This document shows, piece after piece, positions 40,812 to 51,120 of a stretch of 64,000 nucleotides of DNA. The position numbers were made by a program, and so were the translations under genes. Under the pieces are notes generated by a model that saw nothing but the letters and a program-made list of their open reading frames with translations, was not told the DNA's origin and made no database searches. Each line of letters begins with the position of its first letter. Position 1 is the stretch's first letter. This DNA is from a virus: the IMG/VR virus record IMGVR_UViG_3300022719_000039, positions 18,935 to 82,934 of that record, one strand, 5' to 3'.

Positions 40812-41849
40812 ATGAAAGTAAAGGAATGGAAAAAAGGACTATCACATGTAATGAAAGTTGTAAAAAAGTCTAACATACCTATCCTTCAACGTATAAATGT
40901 TGAAAATGGTTATATGTGGGCTTCAGATATGGAAACCTACTTAGCTTACCACATTTACTGTGATAACTTTAAAGGATTACTACCTGCTTTTGAATTCAAC
41001 TCCATAATAAAAGGACTAAATTCAGAAGACAAGATAAACCTTGTTAATCAAGGCAAGGAGATACTAATGATAGTAAATAATGATACTAAAATTACCCTTG
41101 AAACAGAAGATAGAAATCATTTCCCTAAAGTACCAATTGTGCCTCCACATGATATTGACTTGAAATATCAGGGGATGATATCAAAAGAAGATGTAAAGAA
41201 AATAAAGATAGCTTCCAAGTTTGCACGTAATAATCTGGATAAAATTCTCATAGGGAATAACATTGTTGGCACTGATGGCTTTGTAATGTATTGGGAAAGG
41301 AAGAGTGGAAGTTATAATGAAGAAAGAATACTACCTAAAAATATAGCTCGTTACCTGAAGAATTCTACTTATTCTTTACATGAGAATAGAAAAGACTTAG
41401 GTGTGTTTTTTACACCTATTGATGGTAAAGGGGTAATTTATACAAAGAAGCGTGATGAGAAATATCCTGCTTATTTATCTGTAATACCAAATGATCCTCC
41501 TTTTACAATTAATACAGACAAAAAGATATTAATGTCTAAAGTGAATCACATAATAAAAGTATCTGATTTAGACATTAAAGAGGTGAGATTTAATATACCT
41601 TTTCTTGATAATAAGATAAAATTATCAACTTTAAATAGTGATTCTAAAGTTTGTTTTGAAAGTCTTATTGATTTTGATAAAGTCTCCCCCAAACTGCCGG
41701 AAGAAGATTATGTTTTTGCTTTAAATGCTAAATTTCTATTAAGTATCTTAAAAGAATGCGAAGGAGAAAAAGTTACATTTAAATTTTCGACTCCGCATAG
41801 ACCTGTACTTATTAATGATAACTTTCTAATAATGCCAATAACAATCTAA
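40812..41849 (+). CDS. dnaN: DNA polymerase III beta sliding clamp-like protein
   Basis: 345 aa with SNIPILQRI, ASDMET, VGTDGF, KYPAYLSVIP, FALNAKFLLSIL and a C-terminal FLIMPI. Confidence 0.8.
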   Translation: MKVKEWKKGLSHVMKVVKKSNIPILQRINVENGYMWASDMETYLAYHIYCDNFKGLLPAFEFNSIIKGLNSEDKINLVNQGKEILMIVNNDTKITLETEDRNHFPKVPIVPPHDIDLKYQGMISKEDVKKIKIASKFARNNLDKILIGNNIVGTDGFVMYWERKSGSYNEERILPKNIARYLKNSTYSLHENRKDLGVFFTPIDGKGVIYTKKRDEKYPAYLSVIPNDPPFTINTDKKILMSKVNHIIKVSDLDIKEVRFNIPFLDNKIKLSTLNSDSKVCFESLIDFDKVSPKLPEEDYVFALNAKFLLSILKECEGEKVTFKFSTPHRPVLINDNFLIMPITI

Positions 41850-41863
41850 CTACTAAATTAAAA

Positions 41864-42100
41864 ATGGAAAACTCAGAGAACACCGAAAGTAGCACACAAG
41901 AGTTACGAGAAAAATTAACATACTTAGAAAAGAAAGGAAAAGAATTAGATTTTAATCTAGGTTATCTGCAAGCCATAATAGATATTCATGAGATAGGCTC
42001 AAAAGAGAAGAACCTTTCAAAAAGTGAACTTCTTTTTGAATTAGGTATAAAATTAAACAGAAAACTAAAAGACAAAATTAGTAATGAAGACAAAAAGTAA
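41864..42100 (+). CDS. Hypothetical protein
   Basis: Co-oriented ORF. Confidence 0.5.
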   Translation: MENSENTESSTQELREKLTYLEKKGKELDFNLGYLQAIIDIHEIGSKEKNLSKSELLFELGIKLNRKLKDKISNEDKK

Positions 42101-42824
42101 ATATAAAAGAGACAGATTCAAAGCTATTATACTATCAGAACTAACTCCTAGAATTAAGAAAGAAGTCTATAACCTTGTTAAAACTGCTTCAGACAGCGAT
42201 AAGGTTGATGGACATAAGAACTGGGAATTTGGTGCAGAGTTTGATAGAAAAGGGAGAGGTTCTGCACTTAATTGGAGCCTTTATGATGTGGGAAGCGATA
42301 TACATAACCGTAAAAGGTTGATTGTAATACAAGTAAGGCAGTTTATTAAAAATCCTAAACGACAGTTTGCAAATATTAGAAAGTCCTACTTTTTAATAGG
42401 CCGTAATGAAGATAATAGTGTTTTTGCACACCCTGTAGAAAGCAGGGTAATACATCATGCAATAAGTAAAGGTAATGATGTAATAAAATCTGTACAAGAT
42501 TGGATTTTTGGATGTGATTATACAAAAATCCAAAGGCAGGGGGACATAGCAGTAATACCTGTAAGAAAGAACCAACTTAAAGGGGATATATATGATAATA
42601 ATGAATATAAAATAAAACCAGAGAATGGTTCTGACAATCACTTTTTGCAGGCTTATGAAATAATGATAGATGAAAGCAAACATTGCCAAACTGTATTTGC
42701 AAATAATCCTTTTTTGCAGCACTTACCGGGTGTTCATCCTGATATAAAAGCAAAAGGATGGCATAAAATAATAATAGGAAAAAGGGCTAACTTTTATGAT
42801 TTTGCAGCACCTACTATTGATTAA
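42084..42824 (+). CDS. Hypothetical phage protein (RQGD / His-motif family)
   Basis: 246 aa with RQGDIAVIP, NHFL and LQHLPGVHP. Confidence 0.65.
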   Translation: MKTKSKYKRDRFKAIILSELTPRIKKEVYNLVKTASDSDKVDGHKNWEFGAEFDRKGRGSALNWSLYDVGSDIHNRKRLIVIQVRQFIKNPKRQFANIRKSYFLIGRNEDNSVFAHPVESRVIHHAISKGNDVIKSVQDWIFGCDYTKIQRQGDIAVIPVRKNQLKGDIYDNNEYKIKPENGSDNHFLQAYEIMIDESKHCQTVFANNPFLQHLPGVHPDIKAKGWHKIIIGKRANFYDFAAPTID

Positions 42825-42884
42825 TCATAGTAAAAAATGTAAATAAACTTAATATTTATGTAAGATAAAATAGATATAAAAACA

Positions 42885-43115
42885 ATGGCCTTATATAAAA
42901 AAGCAAAAGAAAAATGGTACAAATGGAGAGATGGCTTTTCTAATGATCCTGTAGAGGGTATACTTCTTTGGGAATTTGAACATATACATTATAGATTTAA
43001 ATTAGAAGCATATTACTGTAGAGATAGTCTCAATGAAGTAGCAATATTTAAATTCTATACTGACGAGATAGGAGGAGTATTTGAAATATATAAGTTACAC
43101 CAAAAATTTAAATGA
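42885..43115 (+). CDS. Hypothetical protein
   Basis: Co-oriented ORF. Confidence 0.55.
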   Translation: MALYKKAKEKWYKWRDGFSNDPVEGILLWEFEHIHYRFKLEAYYCRDSLNEVAIFKFYTDEIGGVFEIYKLHQKFK

Positions 43116-43116
43116 G

Positions 43117-43554
43117 ATGAATTATACATTTCACACAAAAGAAAAAGGTACTTTCAATGTACAAGTTAATAAAAATGGTACTATTACAAAAATAGAAGGT
43201 AAAGTACCTATAAAACCTATTAAAGTAGGTATGAGTATATTTAGAGCAGTTGAGATATTAACTTTAGAGTATAATAAATTACTTTTAAAGCATACAGACT
43301 TACTTAACAAATATGAAGTAACAGAGAGGCAAAGTTTCATTATAAAGGTAAACAAGCCTGATTGGAAATATAGTAGTGGTAATCATCCCATAATAGTATC
43401 ATTACTAACTCTAAAGGGTGGAAGATCGGTTAGTGCTTGTAATCACAGTTTTTCTAATGCTCTGGATAGAGCCTTATCTGAATTATTTTCTTTAAGCCAA
43501 AAAACCTTACAAAATGGAAGAAGTAATAATACCAAAAGTAAAACAATTATATAA
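43117..43554 (+). CDS. Hypothetical protein (probable start ATG 43117)
   Basis: ORF 43081-43554. The ATG just after the upstream stop is more likely than the TTG start. Confidence 0.5.
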   Translation: MNYTFHTKEKGTFNVQVNKNGTITKIEGKVPIKPIKVGMSIFRAVEILTLEYNKLLLKHTDLLNKYEVTERQSFIIKVNKPDWKYSSGNHPIIVSLLTLKGGRSVSACNHSFSNALDRALSELFSLSQKTLQNGRSNNTKSKTII

Positions 43555-43801
43555 TAATGCTGGCAATGCAATAGCAAACCATTACATAGTACAACAAAGT
43601 GATGGTACAGAGTTCTTCATATCTTATGACAAAGTAATAGTCATGAAGGATAAAAAAGGAAATATATATTTAGATGAAAATTACCATGATTATTCCAAAA
43701 CTACAACAAGGTATAGAAACACTTATCTGCTTGAAACTAATAAAAGGGTTAAAGAACTTGTAAAAAATGAAACTTACAAACTAAAAGACCTAAACAAATG
43801 A
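43514..43801 (+). CDS. Conserved phage hypothetical protein
   Basis: FISYDKVIV...DYSKTTTRYRNTYL, a common small phage family. Confidence 0.65.
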   Translation: MEEVIIPKVKQLYNNAGNAIANHYIVQQSDGTEFFISYDKVIVMKDKKGNIYLDENYHDYSKTTTRYRNTYLLETNKRVKELVKNETYKLKDLNK

Positions 43802-44007
43802 AACACTTAATAAAAGCAATACTTATATTCTTAATAGTGCTAATAAGCATAGGCTATTACTGGCCTATGCATAGACTAGCATTCATTTACCTATTACCGG
43901 GATTGGGATTTGTAATATTTATGTTCATATTGTCTTTAGTAGATAAGCCCGAAGACTAAATACTAATTCAATTCTCACACAATCTTTTTAAGTAAATTCA
44001 TTATAGC

Positions 44008-44038
44008 TTGTAAAATACCGCTATTGTTCATATATTTG
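44008..44038 (+). promoter_or_regulatory. Bacteroidota-type promoter upstream of the polymerase operon
   Basis: TTG (44008-44010), 20-nt gap, TATATTTG (44031-44038). Confidence 0.6.
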
Positions 44039-44043
44039 CATAT

Positions 44044-44220
44044 ATGAGTAGGAAAGTAGTAGTATGTATAAGCGATACAGATATAGAAGTATGGACAAGC
44101 TTGAAAAAAGCATGTGATATACATAAGTGGAAATATAATACTTTAGTTAAGTATAAGTTACCTACGTATTACAAAGAATGGATGCTAGTAAGATGTGAAT
44201 TAAATAAAATAAACAAGTGA
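44044..44220 (+). CDS. Small NUMOD1-like DNA-binding protein, 58 aa (below the ORF-track cut-off)
   Basis: MSRKVVVCISDTDIEVWTSLKKACDIHKWKYNTL... Its stop overlaps the polymerase GTG start. Confidence 0.5.
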   Translation: MSRKVVVCISDTDIEVWTSLKKACDIHKWKYNTLVKYKLPTYYKEWMLVRCELNKINK

Positions 44221-46274
44221 AAACATATATAATTACAAAACAAAGTAAAAAGTATAGTGAATTTGATTATTCTTTAAACATAGAAGATGTAGTTAATTAT
44301 TTAAAAAGTAAAGAAGATTTTGCTTTTGATACAGAGACTACAGGAACAAATGCAAGGAAACATTCAATAATTCTTGAACAATACGGTGATAAAGAATATC
44401 AGTTTGTTATAGATTGCAAAACAATACCACTGAAAAGTAGGAAGTCTTTACATAATCTACTTGAAGAAGCAAAATATACAAAGTTGACATTTCATGGAAG
44501 TTTTGATTACATTATGTGTATGGCTAATTACAATATATATCTCAATAATTATAGAGATTTATTATTAGAAGATGTCGTGACATATAACGGAATTATGAAT
44601 AATATAGAATTAAATTCATATAAAAACTTACAAGGCTTTTGGAGATATTCTATGCCCGGATTATGTAAAAAGTATTTAGGGAAGAATATACAAAAAACTG
44701 AAAGAGAAGGATTCATTAATCACAAGGGACAATTCACAAGAGATCAACTTAAATATGCTGCAAATGATATACTGTATACTTCTGCAATAGCACCAATAAT
44801 AAAAGCTAACTTAGAGAAGTATAAATTACTTATTGTTGCAGCGTTGGAAAACTATGCTGCTCCTGCTTTTGCAGAAATGGAGTTCAATGGTATAAAACTT
44901 AATAAAGATATGTGGCTAGAACTCTATAATAAAAACCTAGAAAGGGAAAAGCAGATGGAGTTAAAACTTGATGATCTTATAGTAAAAGAAGCAAACAAAT
45001 ATCCTGAATTAAACTCCTTTCTTTTAGTAGGGGAAAACGGTAAAGGTTTACAATCTGATATGTTTATTGAAACTGATAATCTAAGAAAGACTTCTATAAA
45101 CTTTAACTCAAGTAAAGATAAAGTTAAAATACTAGAAGCCATAGGTATAGATACTTGGACTTATGATAGAGTAGACGGAACTCATAAACAAACTTCTGGT
45201 AAAGAGCATATTAAAAATTTTAAAAACGATTATCCTGTAGTAAAAGAATTATTAGAATGGAGCAAAATAAACCAATTAAGAAAAACATATGGCATAAAGT
45301 TCTTACGTCATATAGATAAAGACACTAATAGAATACATACCTCCTTTGACCAAATAAAAGAAACTGGAAGATGTTCAACCAGAGTGCCTAATTTACAAAA
45401 TCAACCAAGTCTCCAAAAGTATAGGTCGTGTTATAGAGCAGAGAAAGGTAACAAGATTATTACTGCTGACTATTCTAATATGGAATTAAGACTTATAGCT
45501 GATAAGTCTAAAGATAAAACATTATTAGAAGCATTTAAAAAAGGAGAAGATGTACATAGCAAAATAGCTATGAAAATCTATAAGGCGGCTTACGGCAAAG
45601 ACATTGAAGTTTCTAAGCAAGTAAATTCTGATATAAGAAGCAAATTTAAAACGGTAACTTTTGCATTGGCTTTTGGAGCTTCAGCTTTTAACCTTACTAT
45701 GCAATTAGGCATAGACATAAAAGAAGCCGAAGAAACACTAGAAATGTATTTTACAGCATTTCCAAATTTAAGAAAGTACTTTAAGTATACAGGAGACTTT
45801 GCCGTAAGAAACGGGTATATAAGAACATATCCGCCTTATAGCAGAATAAGATGGTTTCCTGAACATGCTGACTATAAAGAATTATATACTAACACAAAAA
45901 GAGACAAAAGTGAATTTAAAAGAATGAAAAAAATAGAAGGTAATATTAGAAGAGCAGGTATGAATACACCTATACAAGGTTCTGCTGCTGATATTGTCAA
46001 AAGAGCTTTAGGTATGTGCATAAGGAGGTATAGGGAATTCAATCAGGAAAGAGATTTGCTAAAAAGAACTCCTAACTTTCCTTTTGGTTCTCCAGAACGT
46101 GCAAGATTAATACTTCAGGTTCATGATGAACTTAACACTGAAGTAGGAAAAGAATATGCTGAAGAAGTGGCCACAGACAAAGTATTCTTAATGGAAATGG
46201 CTGGTAATGGTGTAGTAGAACATGTAATCATGAAGGCTGACTATACTATAAAGGATTATTGGTCTAAGGATTAA
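44217..46274 (+). CDS. polA: Family A DNA polymerase with 3'-5' exonuclease
   Basis: ExoI FDTETTG, ExoIII YAAND, TGRCST..PNLQNQP, motif A ADYSNMELR, motif B RSKFKTVTFALAFG, NTPIQGSAAD, motif C VHDE. Confidence 0.95.
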   Translation: MKTYIITKQSKKYSEFDYSLNIEDVVNYLKSKEDFAFDTETTGTNARKHSIILEQYGDKEYQFVIDCKTIPLKSRKSLHNLLEEAKYTKLTFHGSFDYIMCMANYNIYLNNYRDLLLEDVVTYNGIMNNIELNSYKNLQGFWRYSMPGLCKKYLGKNIQKTEREGFINHKGQFTRDQLKYAANDILYTSAIAPIIKANLEKYKLLIVAALENYAAPAFAEMEFNGIKLNKDMWLELYNKNLEREKQMELKLDDLIVKEANKYPELNSFLLVGENGKGLQSDMFIETDNLRKTSINFNSSKDKVKILEAIGIDTWTYDRVDGTHKQTSGKEHIKNFKNDYPVVKELLEWSKINQLRKTYGIKFLRHIDKDTNRIHTSFDQIKETGRCSTRVPNLQNQPSLQKYRSCYRAEKGNKIITADYSNMELRLIADKSKDKTLLEAFKKGEDVHSKIAMKIYKAAYGKDIEVSKQVNSDIRSKFKTVTFALAFGASAFNLTMQLGIDIKEAEETLEMYFTAFPNLRKYFKYTGDFAVRNGYIRTYPPYSRIRWFPEHADYKELYTNTKRDKSEFKRMKKIEGNIRRAGMNTPIQGSAADIVKRALGMCIRRYREFNQERDLLKRTPNFPFGSPERARLILQVHDELNTEVGKEYAEEVATDKVFLMEMAGNGVVEHVIMKADYTIKDYWSKD

Positions 46275-46278
46275 ATTT

Positions 46279-46620
46279 ATGAAATTGTTAATAGATAAAA
46301 ATAAGAATATAAAAGTAAGAATAAAGAGTAAAAAATACAATATAGGAAAGCTGGAAAAGGTATTAGGAGATAATTCAATAAGAATTGACCTAGATAAACC
46401 TAGAGAAAGAGTAGACTTTATATATCATATATTGCCTTTATTACAGAAAAGTAATATTACTCATATATATGTAACAACTGGTGCATGGAATAATCATGGT
46501 ATTTATAAAGTTCCTATTGAAGAAATACTATTCAACGGAAAGAAAAATAACAATTCTCATCCAGATACTATAATTAGATATTCATTAGAAAGATTAAAGT
46601 TAAACCATAAAATATTTTAA
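46279..46620 (+). CDS. Hypothetical protein
   Basis: Co-oriented ORF. Confidence 0.5.
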   Translation: MKLLIDKNKNIKVRIKSKKYNIGKLEKVLGDNSIRIDLDKPRERVDFIYHILPLLQKSNITHIYVTTGAWNNHGIYKVPIEEILFNGKKNNNSHPDTIIRYSLERLKLNHKIF

Positions 46621-46622
46621 TA

Positions 46623-46889
46623 ATGTATATACTACATAAAAACTCAAAAGACGGAGATTATGAAGTACATAAAGTATTTAAAAATCTTCCTGAAATATAT
46701 GACTGGTTAGTGCAAGTTAAGAGTATAAGTTCTTTAAAAGAAAGATTAAAGTTTTCTATAATAAGAGAGAAGGCTTTAAATATGAAAAACAGTCCTGCTT
46801 ATATACACAATAAAAGTGTAAAGGATTTAGTAGATACTATTATAGAAAATTACAAGTTAAATAAAGAATTTAACCCGGATGAATTATAG
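46623..46889 (+). CDS. Hypothetical protein
   Basis: Co-oriented ORF. Confidence 0.5.
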   Translation: MYILHKNSKDGDYEVHKVFKNLPEIYDWLVQVKSISSLKERLKFSIIREKALNMKNSPAYIHNKSVKDLVDTIIENYKLNKEFNPDEL

Positions 46890-47006
46890 TATATAAACAG
46901 ATAATGAAATTACAGAATAGAAATTATTAAAGGTGAATGAATACACATAAAAATATTAAAGACTTAATTAATATCATAATTGAGATGTATGATATAAAAA
47001 ATAAAT

Positions 47007-47381
47007 GTGAAGATTAAAGGTATCTATATAATATATAATACTATCACTTTTACTACTTATATAGGTAGTTCTTTTAATATTTATCGTAGATGGCAATACC
47101 ATAAAAAGGACTTAAAAGAACAAAAACATTGTAATTATAGACTACAGGAAGATTACAATTTAACTGGAATAGAAGCTTTTCAATTTAGAACAATACACAG
47201 AATATTTAAAAAGATTACCTTAGAGAAGTTGCTAGAGTTAGAACAAAAGTATATTAATAAAGCACTTAAAAATAATATAATTCTTTATAACATAGAATTA
47301 AAAACTGACCCAAAATTCTACTATAAGAGAAAAGCTAAAGAAAGAAGAAAAAGAAAAAAGAGCAGGTATCCAAAATCATAG
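47007..47381 (+). CDS. Free-standing GIY-YIG homing endonuclease
   Basis: GIYII...YIGSS...RRWQYH...LEQKYI...YN. Confidence 0.85.
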   Translation: MKIKGIYIIYNTITFTTYIGSSFNIYRRWQYHKKDLKEQKHCNYRLQEDYNLTGIEAFQFRTIHRIFKKITLEKLLELEQKYINKALKNNIILYNIELKTDPKFYYKRKAKERRKRKKSRYPKS

Positions 47382-47421
47382 AACCTTTTCTAAGGCTGGG
47401 TGATAAACTTAAAAGATAAAA

Positions 47422-48714
47422 ATGGAAGTACAAACTAAAAAGACAAAGATGCAATATAATGTTGCTAAGTTATTCTTTAAGAAAGGGAAGTTATTGAATG
47501 ATAAGGCAAAGAATTCTGTAGACAATGGTAGAAGAGGTTCTATAATAATGCCTACAGGTACTGGTAAGACTAGAATTGGTGTAATCCTTATAGATCATTT
47601 TATCAATACAGTAAAAGTTGATAAAGTATTAGTTCTGACTCCTACAGAAGTTATAAGAGATATACAATGGAAAAAAGAATTAGAAAAGTGGAATGCGGGC
47701 GCTCTTACAAATAAGGTACAATTTGAATGTATAAATACAGCTTATAAATATAAAGATAAGGAGTTTGATCTTGTAATAGCTGATGAAGTAGATGTATTTG
47801 TGCCTAATGATGATTTATTATTTGAAAATTCCAGTAAATTTTACAAGTTCTTCATGAATAATAAAATAAAAAATCTAGTAGGATTTACAGCGGAAGTACC
47901 TTTCAATAAAAGACGTGCTATTAATAGTATTGCACCTGTATTGTTTAAGATGAATATAAATGAAGCGGTAAGTGAAGGATTCATATCAAACTTTAAAATA
48001 CTAAACTTTCCTGTTAAACTAACGGAGAAGGAACAAGAAGAATATGATGTTAATCAGGAAAAGTATTTATTCTTAGAAGAGGAATTAGGTGGAGTTATGG
48101 ATGCTTATTACAATGCACAAACACTTATGAAAAATAAAGATGGAGGTTTAGAAACTTCCCGTGCATATGCATACATGTCTTGTGTAAGAACAAGGTCTAA
48201 TATATTAATGTATGCAAAAAATAGAATTCCTTTAGTCAATCAGTTTATTGACTATATGAATAAACCTGTTATTGTTTTTAATGAATATATAGACTTAGCA
48301 AACGAAGTAAGGAAAATTAGACTAAAGAAAAATGATACAGTATGCTTTCATAACAAAATAACTCCAAAGAGCAGAAGGATTAATAATCTAAAAGAATTCT
48401 CTGATTCTCATAGCCCTATAAATGTTTTATCTACTGTTAAAGCTATAAACAGAGGCTATGATGTACCTAAAGTTAAGTTTGGAATAGTTGCTTCTTCAGG
48501 AGATTCACAGAAATATATATTCATACAAAGAATTGGAAGAGTTTTGAGGCTTGATGATGAATTAGACTCTTTAATAATACAACTCTACGTGCCAAATTCT
48601 CAAGACGAAAAGTGGCTTAAAGGAAGGACTTACGGTATTAGAAAAGATAAGATGTTATTTATAGATGATGAAAATTTTGTTAAACAAGAAATAGAAAAGC
48701 TAAATGGATTTTGA
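47422..48714 (+). CDS. Superfamily II (DExD) helicase
   Basis: PTGTGKT, DEVD, GFTA, GYDVP, QRIGRVLR. Confidence 0.9.
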   Translation: MEVQTKKTKMQYNVAKLFFKKGKLLNDKAKNSVDNGRRGSIIMPTGTGKTRIGVILIDHFINTVKVDKVLVLTPTEVIRDIQWKKELEKWNAGALTNKVQFECINTAYKYKDKEFDLVIADEVDVFVPNDDLLFENSSKFYKFFMNNKIKNLVGFTAEVPFNKRRAINSIAPVLFKMNINEAVSEGFISNFKILNFPVKLTEKEQEEYDVNQEKYLFLEEELGGVMDAYYNAQTLMKNKDGGLETSRAYAYMSCVRTRSNILMYAKNRIPLVNQFIDYMNKPVIVFNEYIDLANEVRKIRLKKNDTVCFHNKITPKSRRINNLKEFSDSHSPINVLSTVKAINRGYDVPKVKFGIVASSGDSQKYIFIQRIGRVLRLDDELDSLIIQLYVPNSQDEKWLKGRTYGIRKDKMLFIDDENFVKQEIEKLNGF

Positions 48715-49315
48715 AGAATATTTAAAATTTACTTACACTACTTGGAATGATCAGGATAATAGTACTAATCTACAACATGCTATGTTAGGACTGTTAGATG
48801 AATTAGGAGAAATAGCAAAATGCAGTAAGAAAGTTATAGGCTATAATCGAAAACTTGATAAGGATAATCTGCTAGAAGAACTTGGAGATTATATGTATTA
48901 CTTAACAAGAATTGTAGATTGTTATAAGAAGATGGAAGTTAATTTACAACTTTTTTGTTTACAAATAGATAAGGAAATTAAAATAGAAAGAAAGGGGTTA
49001 CAATTTGAAACACATGTATTATGTTTTTCTTTAGCAGCCTTAACATTAGAATTATTAGAAGAAATTAGTGAGCATAATGTAAAATCAATATTCAATAAAC
49101 TATTAAGAATTGTAGAATTGATAAATATTAACTCTTATAAGATAGGTTATAATATGAATGATGTTCTTTCAGCAAATATGGCAAAATTAAAACAAAGACA
49201 TAAAAACAAATACAACAATAAAAACCTAGAAGAAAGAGATTATAACAAAGAATCTAAAGCTATAAAACATGCAACAAGTAAAAAGGACGGTAAGGAACAA
49301 GAAGCTTCTAAATAA
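48704..49315 (+). CDS. MazG-like nucleotide pyrophosphohydrolase
   Basis: HAMLGLLDELGE...EELGDYMYY...NMAKLKQRH. Confidence 0.8.
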   Translation: MDFEEYLKFTYTTWNDQDNSTNLQHAMLGLLDELGEIAKCSKKVIGYNRKLDKDNLLEELGDYMYYLTRIVDCYKKMEVNLQLFCLQIDKEIKIERKGLQFETHVLCFSLAALTLELLEEISEHNVKSIFNKLLRIVELININSYKIGYNMNDVLSANMAKLKQRHKNKYNNKNLEERDYNKESKAIKHATSKKDGKEQEASK

Positions 49316-49508
49316 ATTACTTGACATATTCTTTAGTATAGACAGGAGCAATTTAAAACTAACTTATGACGAGGTAATAGAAAAATTAGAAGTTCTAAAT
49401 GTTAATTGTACTAAAAGAGATTTAGATGAATACTTTTCCCCTACGTTAGAGGAAGATATTAAAGATAAAGAAATATATTTAAGGGAATATTATGGAAATA
49501 AAAGATAA
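49269..49508 (+). CDS. Hypothetical protein
   Basis: Overlapping, co-oriented ORF. Confidence 0.5.
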   Translation: MQQVKRTVRNKKLLNKLLDIFFSIDRSNLKLTYDEVIEKLEVLNVNCTKRDLDEYFSPTLEEDIKDKEIYLREYYGNKR

Positions 49509-49710
49509 TATAGTAATAAATAATCTTAAAGTAGACTTTATATATAAAATAATGCATGATGATAATAGTATACCTTTTATAGAAAAGATAGAACTACTAA
49601 AAGTAGTTACTGAAAAAGATGATTCTGTACTAATATTAGATAGTACAAAAGATTTTATAGAGAAAGAAATACTTGCATCTCTTGAAAAGCAATTAGACTA
49701 TGAAAGATAA
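49492..49710 (+). CDS. Hypothetical protein
   Basis: Overlapping, co-oriented ORF. Confidence 0.5.
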   Translation: MEIKDNIVINNLKVDFIYKIMHDDNSIPFIEKIELLKVVTEKDDSVLILDSTKDFIEKEILASLEKQLDYER

Positions 49711-51118
49711 ATATTTACTCTTTGATGATGTACATGCAAATACAGAACAAAGACAAGCTATTGATGACTTAATAAAATTCTTACATTCTAATGACAGGGA
49801 GTATATATTAGTAGGCAGAGGAGGAACAGGTAAAACAACAATAATAAAAAAAGTAATAGATTATTATTGTGAGGAAATTAAAAGAACAAACAAGAAGAAA
49901 CTTTTTGGCTCTGATAACATAGTTGCAGCTACAATATCACATGCTGCAAAAAATGTTTTACAGAAGTTTATAGGAGGGGGAAAAGCTATGACTGTTGCAA
50001 AGCTATTAGCTATGAGAATGAGGATAAAAGATAATGGAGAAGTTGAGTTTACACCGGATTCTTACTTAGCTAGTATATCTGCTCCTCCTATTACTAAAGT
50101 ACAATTACTTATTATAGATGAAGCTTCTATGATCAGTAAAAAGATGTATAATCTTATAAATGAGAATATAAGTACCTTTACAAAAGTTATATATATGGGG
50201 GATAATGTTCAATTACCTCCTATAGATACTGAAAGAGTACCTAACGAGGACAGTCCAACCTTTAATATTAAAAATAAATCTAAGTTAACAGAAAGAGTAA
50301 GGCAAGGCGAGGATTCTCCTATAATACCTATATCTGATTTCTATGCAAGAAACATTGAAAAGTTTAATAATGAAGGTAAGATAGAGTTTAATCCTTTAAA
50401 GAAGAAGTACAGGATTACAGACTTTGATAAAGTAAGAAATAAAGGAGTTATATTCACAGATAGTGTTAAGTATACAATAGAACAAGCTGTTAAGGACTTT
50501 AAAGAGGATATGTCTCCTAATGCTGTAAGGTGTATATCGTACAGAAAGAATAATCCTTATAAAATTGCTCCTTATAACGTAGCTAGCATAAACAATACTA
50601 TAAGGAGTAGACTATGGAAAGATAAGAAGCAATATGTAATAGGAGATATAGTAGTAGCCAATAATCAGTTTTCAGTTGGCAGAGAGACCTTATTTTATAA
50701 TTCAGATTATATGGCAGTAACTAAAATAGAGGAAGGAGTGCATAATGAAATAGATGTATTGTTTCTTGAATTAGATACAGAGTATGATTATCTGCTGGAA
50801 AAGATACCTGTTGTATCAAACAAGGGAAGAAAAAAATACTATGCTAAATTAACAAGCTTAAAAAAGGAAGCTTTAAGCAACCCTTCTAAATGGAGAGAAT
50901 TTTATGCTTTCAAAGATAAGTTTGCTGATATAAGTTACGGTTATGCAGTTACTTCACATAAAGCACAGGGTTCAACTTATAGAAATGTCTACATATTTGA
51001 AGATGATATATTTGGAGTTTCTACTAATACAAGGAAAGAAAAAAATCAAAGTATGTATGTTTCTGTAACAAGAGCTTCTGATAAACTAATAATTTTTTCT
51101 AAACGATTCATGAAATAA
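49700..51118 (+). CDS. Dda/RecD-like superfamily I helicase
   Basis: GRGGTGKT, IIDEASM, GDNVQLPP, YAVTSHKAQGST, YVSVTRA. Confidence 0.92.
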   Translation: MKDKYLLFDDVHANTEQRQAIDDLIKFLHSNDREYILVGRGGTGKTTIIKKVIDYYCEEIKRTNKKKLFGSDNIVAATISHAAKNVLQKFIGGGKAMTVAKLLAMRMRIKDNGEVEFTPDSYLASISAPPITKVQLLIIDEASMISKKMYNLINENISTFTKVIYMGDNVQLPPIDTERVPNEDSPTFNIKNKSKLTERVRQGEDSPIIPISDFYARNIEKFNNEGKIEFNPLKKKYRITDFDKVRNKGVIFTDSVKYTIEQAVKDFKEDMSPNAVRCISYRKNNPYKIAPYNVASINNTIRSRLWKDKKQYVIGDIVVANNQFSVGRETLFYNSDYMAVTKIEEGVHNEIDVLFLELDTEYDYLLEKIPVVSNKGRKKYYAKLTSLKKEALSNPSKWREFYAFKDKFADISYGYAVTSHKAQGSTYRNVYIFEDDIFGVSTNTRKEKNQSMYVSVTRASDKLIIFSKRFMK

Positions 51119-51120
51119 CT

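Noticed and set aside
41140-41175. Self-targets: single 9-nt spacer matches (gtgcctcca, atatcaggg) in the beta-clamp gene
   Set aside because: The partner half-sites are not adjacent, and single 9-mers are expected by chance in 64 kb.
29414-46274. Introns or inteins in TerL or PolA
   Set aside because: Both are contiguous ORFs of normal length with motifs in order and no evident splice-junction signatures.
46880-47000. Possible further array block (ATGAATTA near 46879, ATGAAATTA, ATGAATA)
   Set aside because: The spacing is irregular and the 9-nt/loop-TCA/9-nt grammar does not hold.
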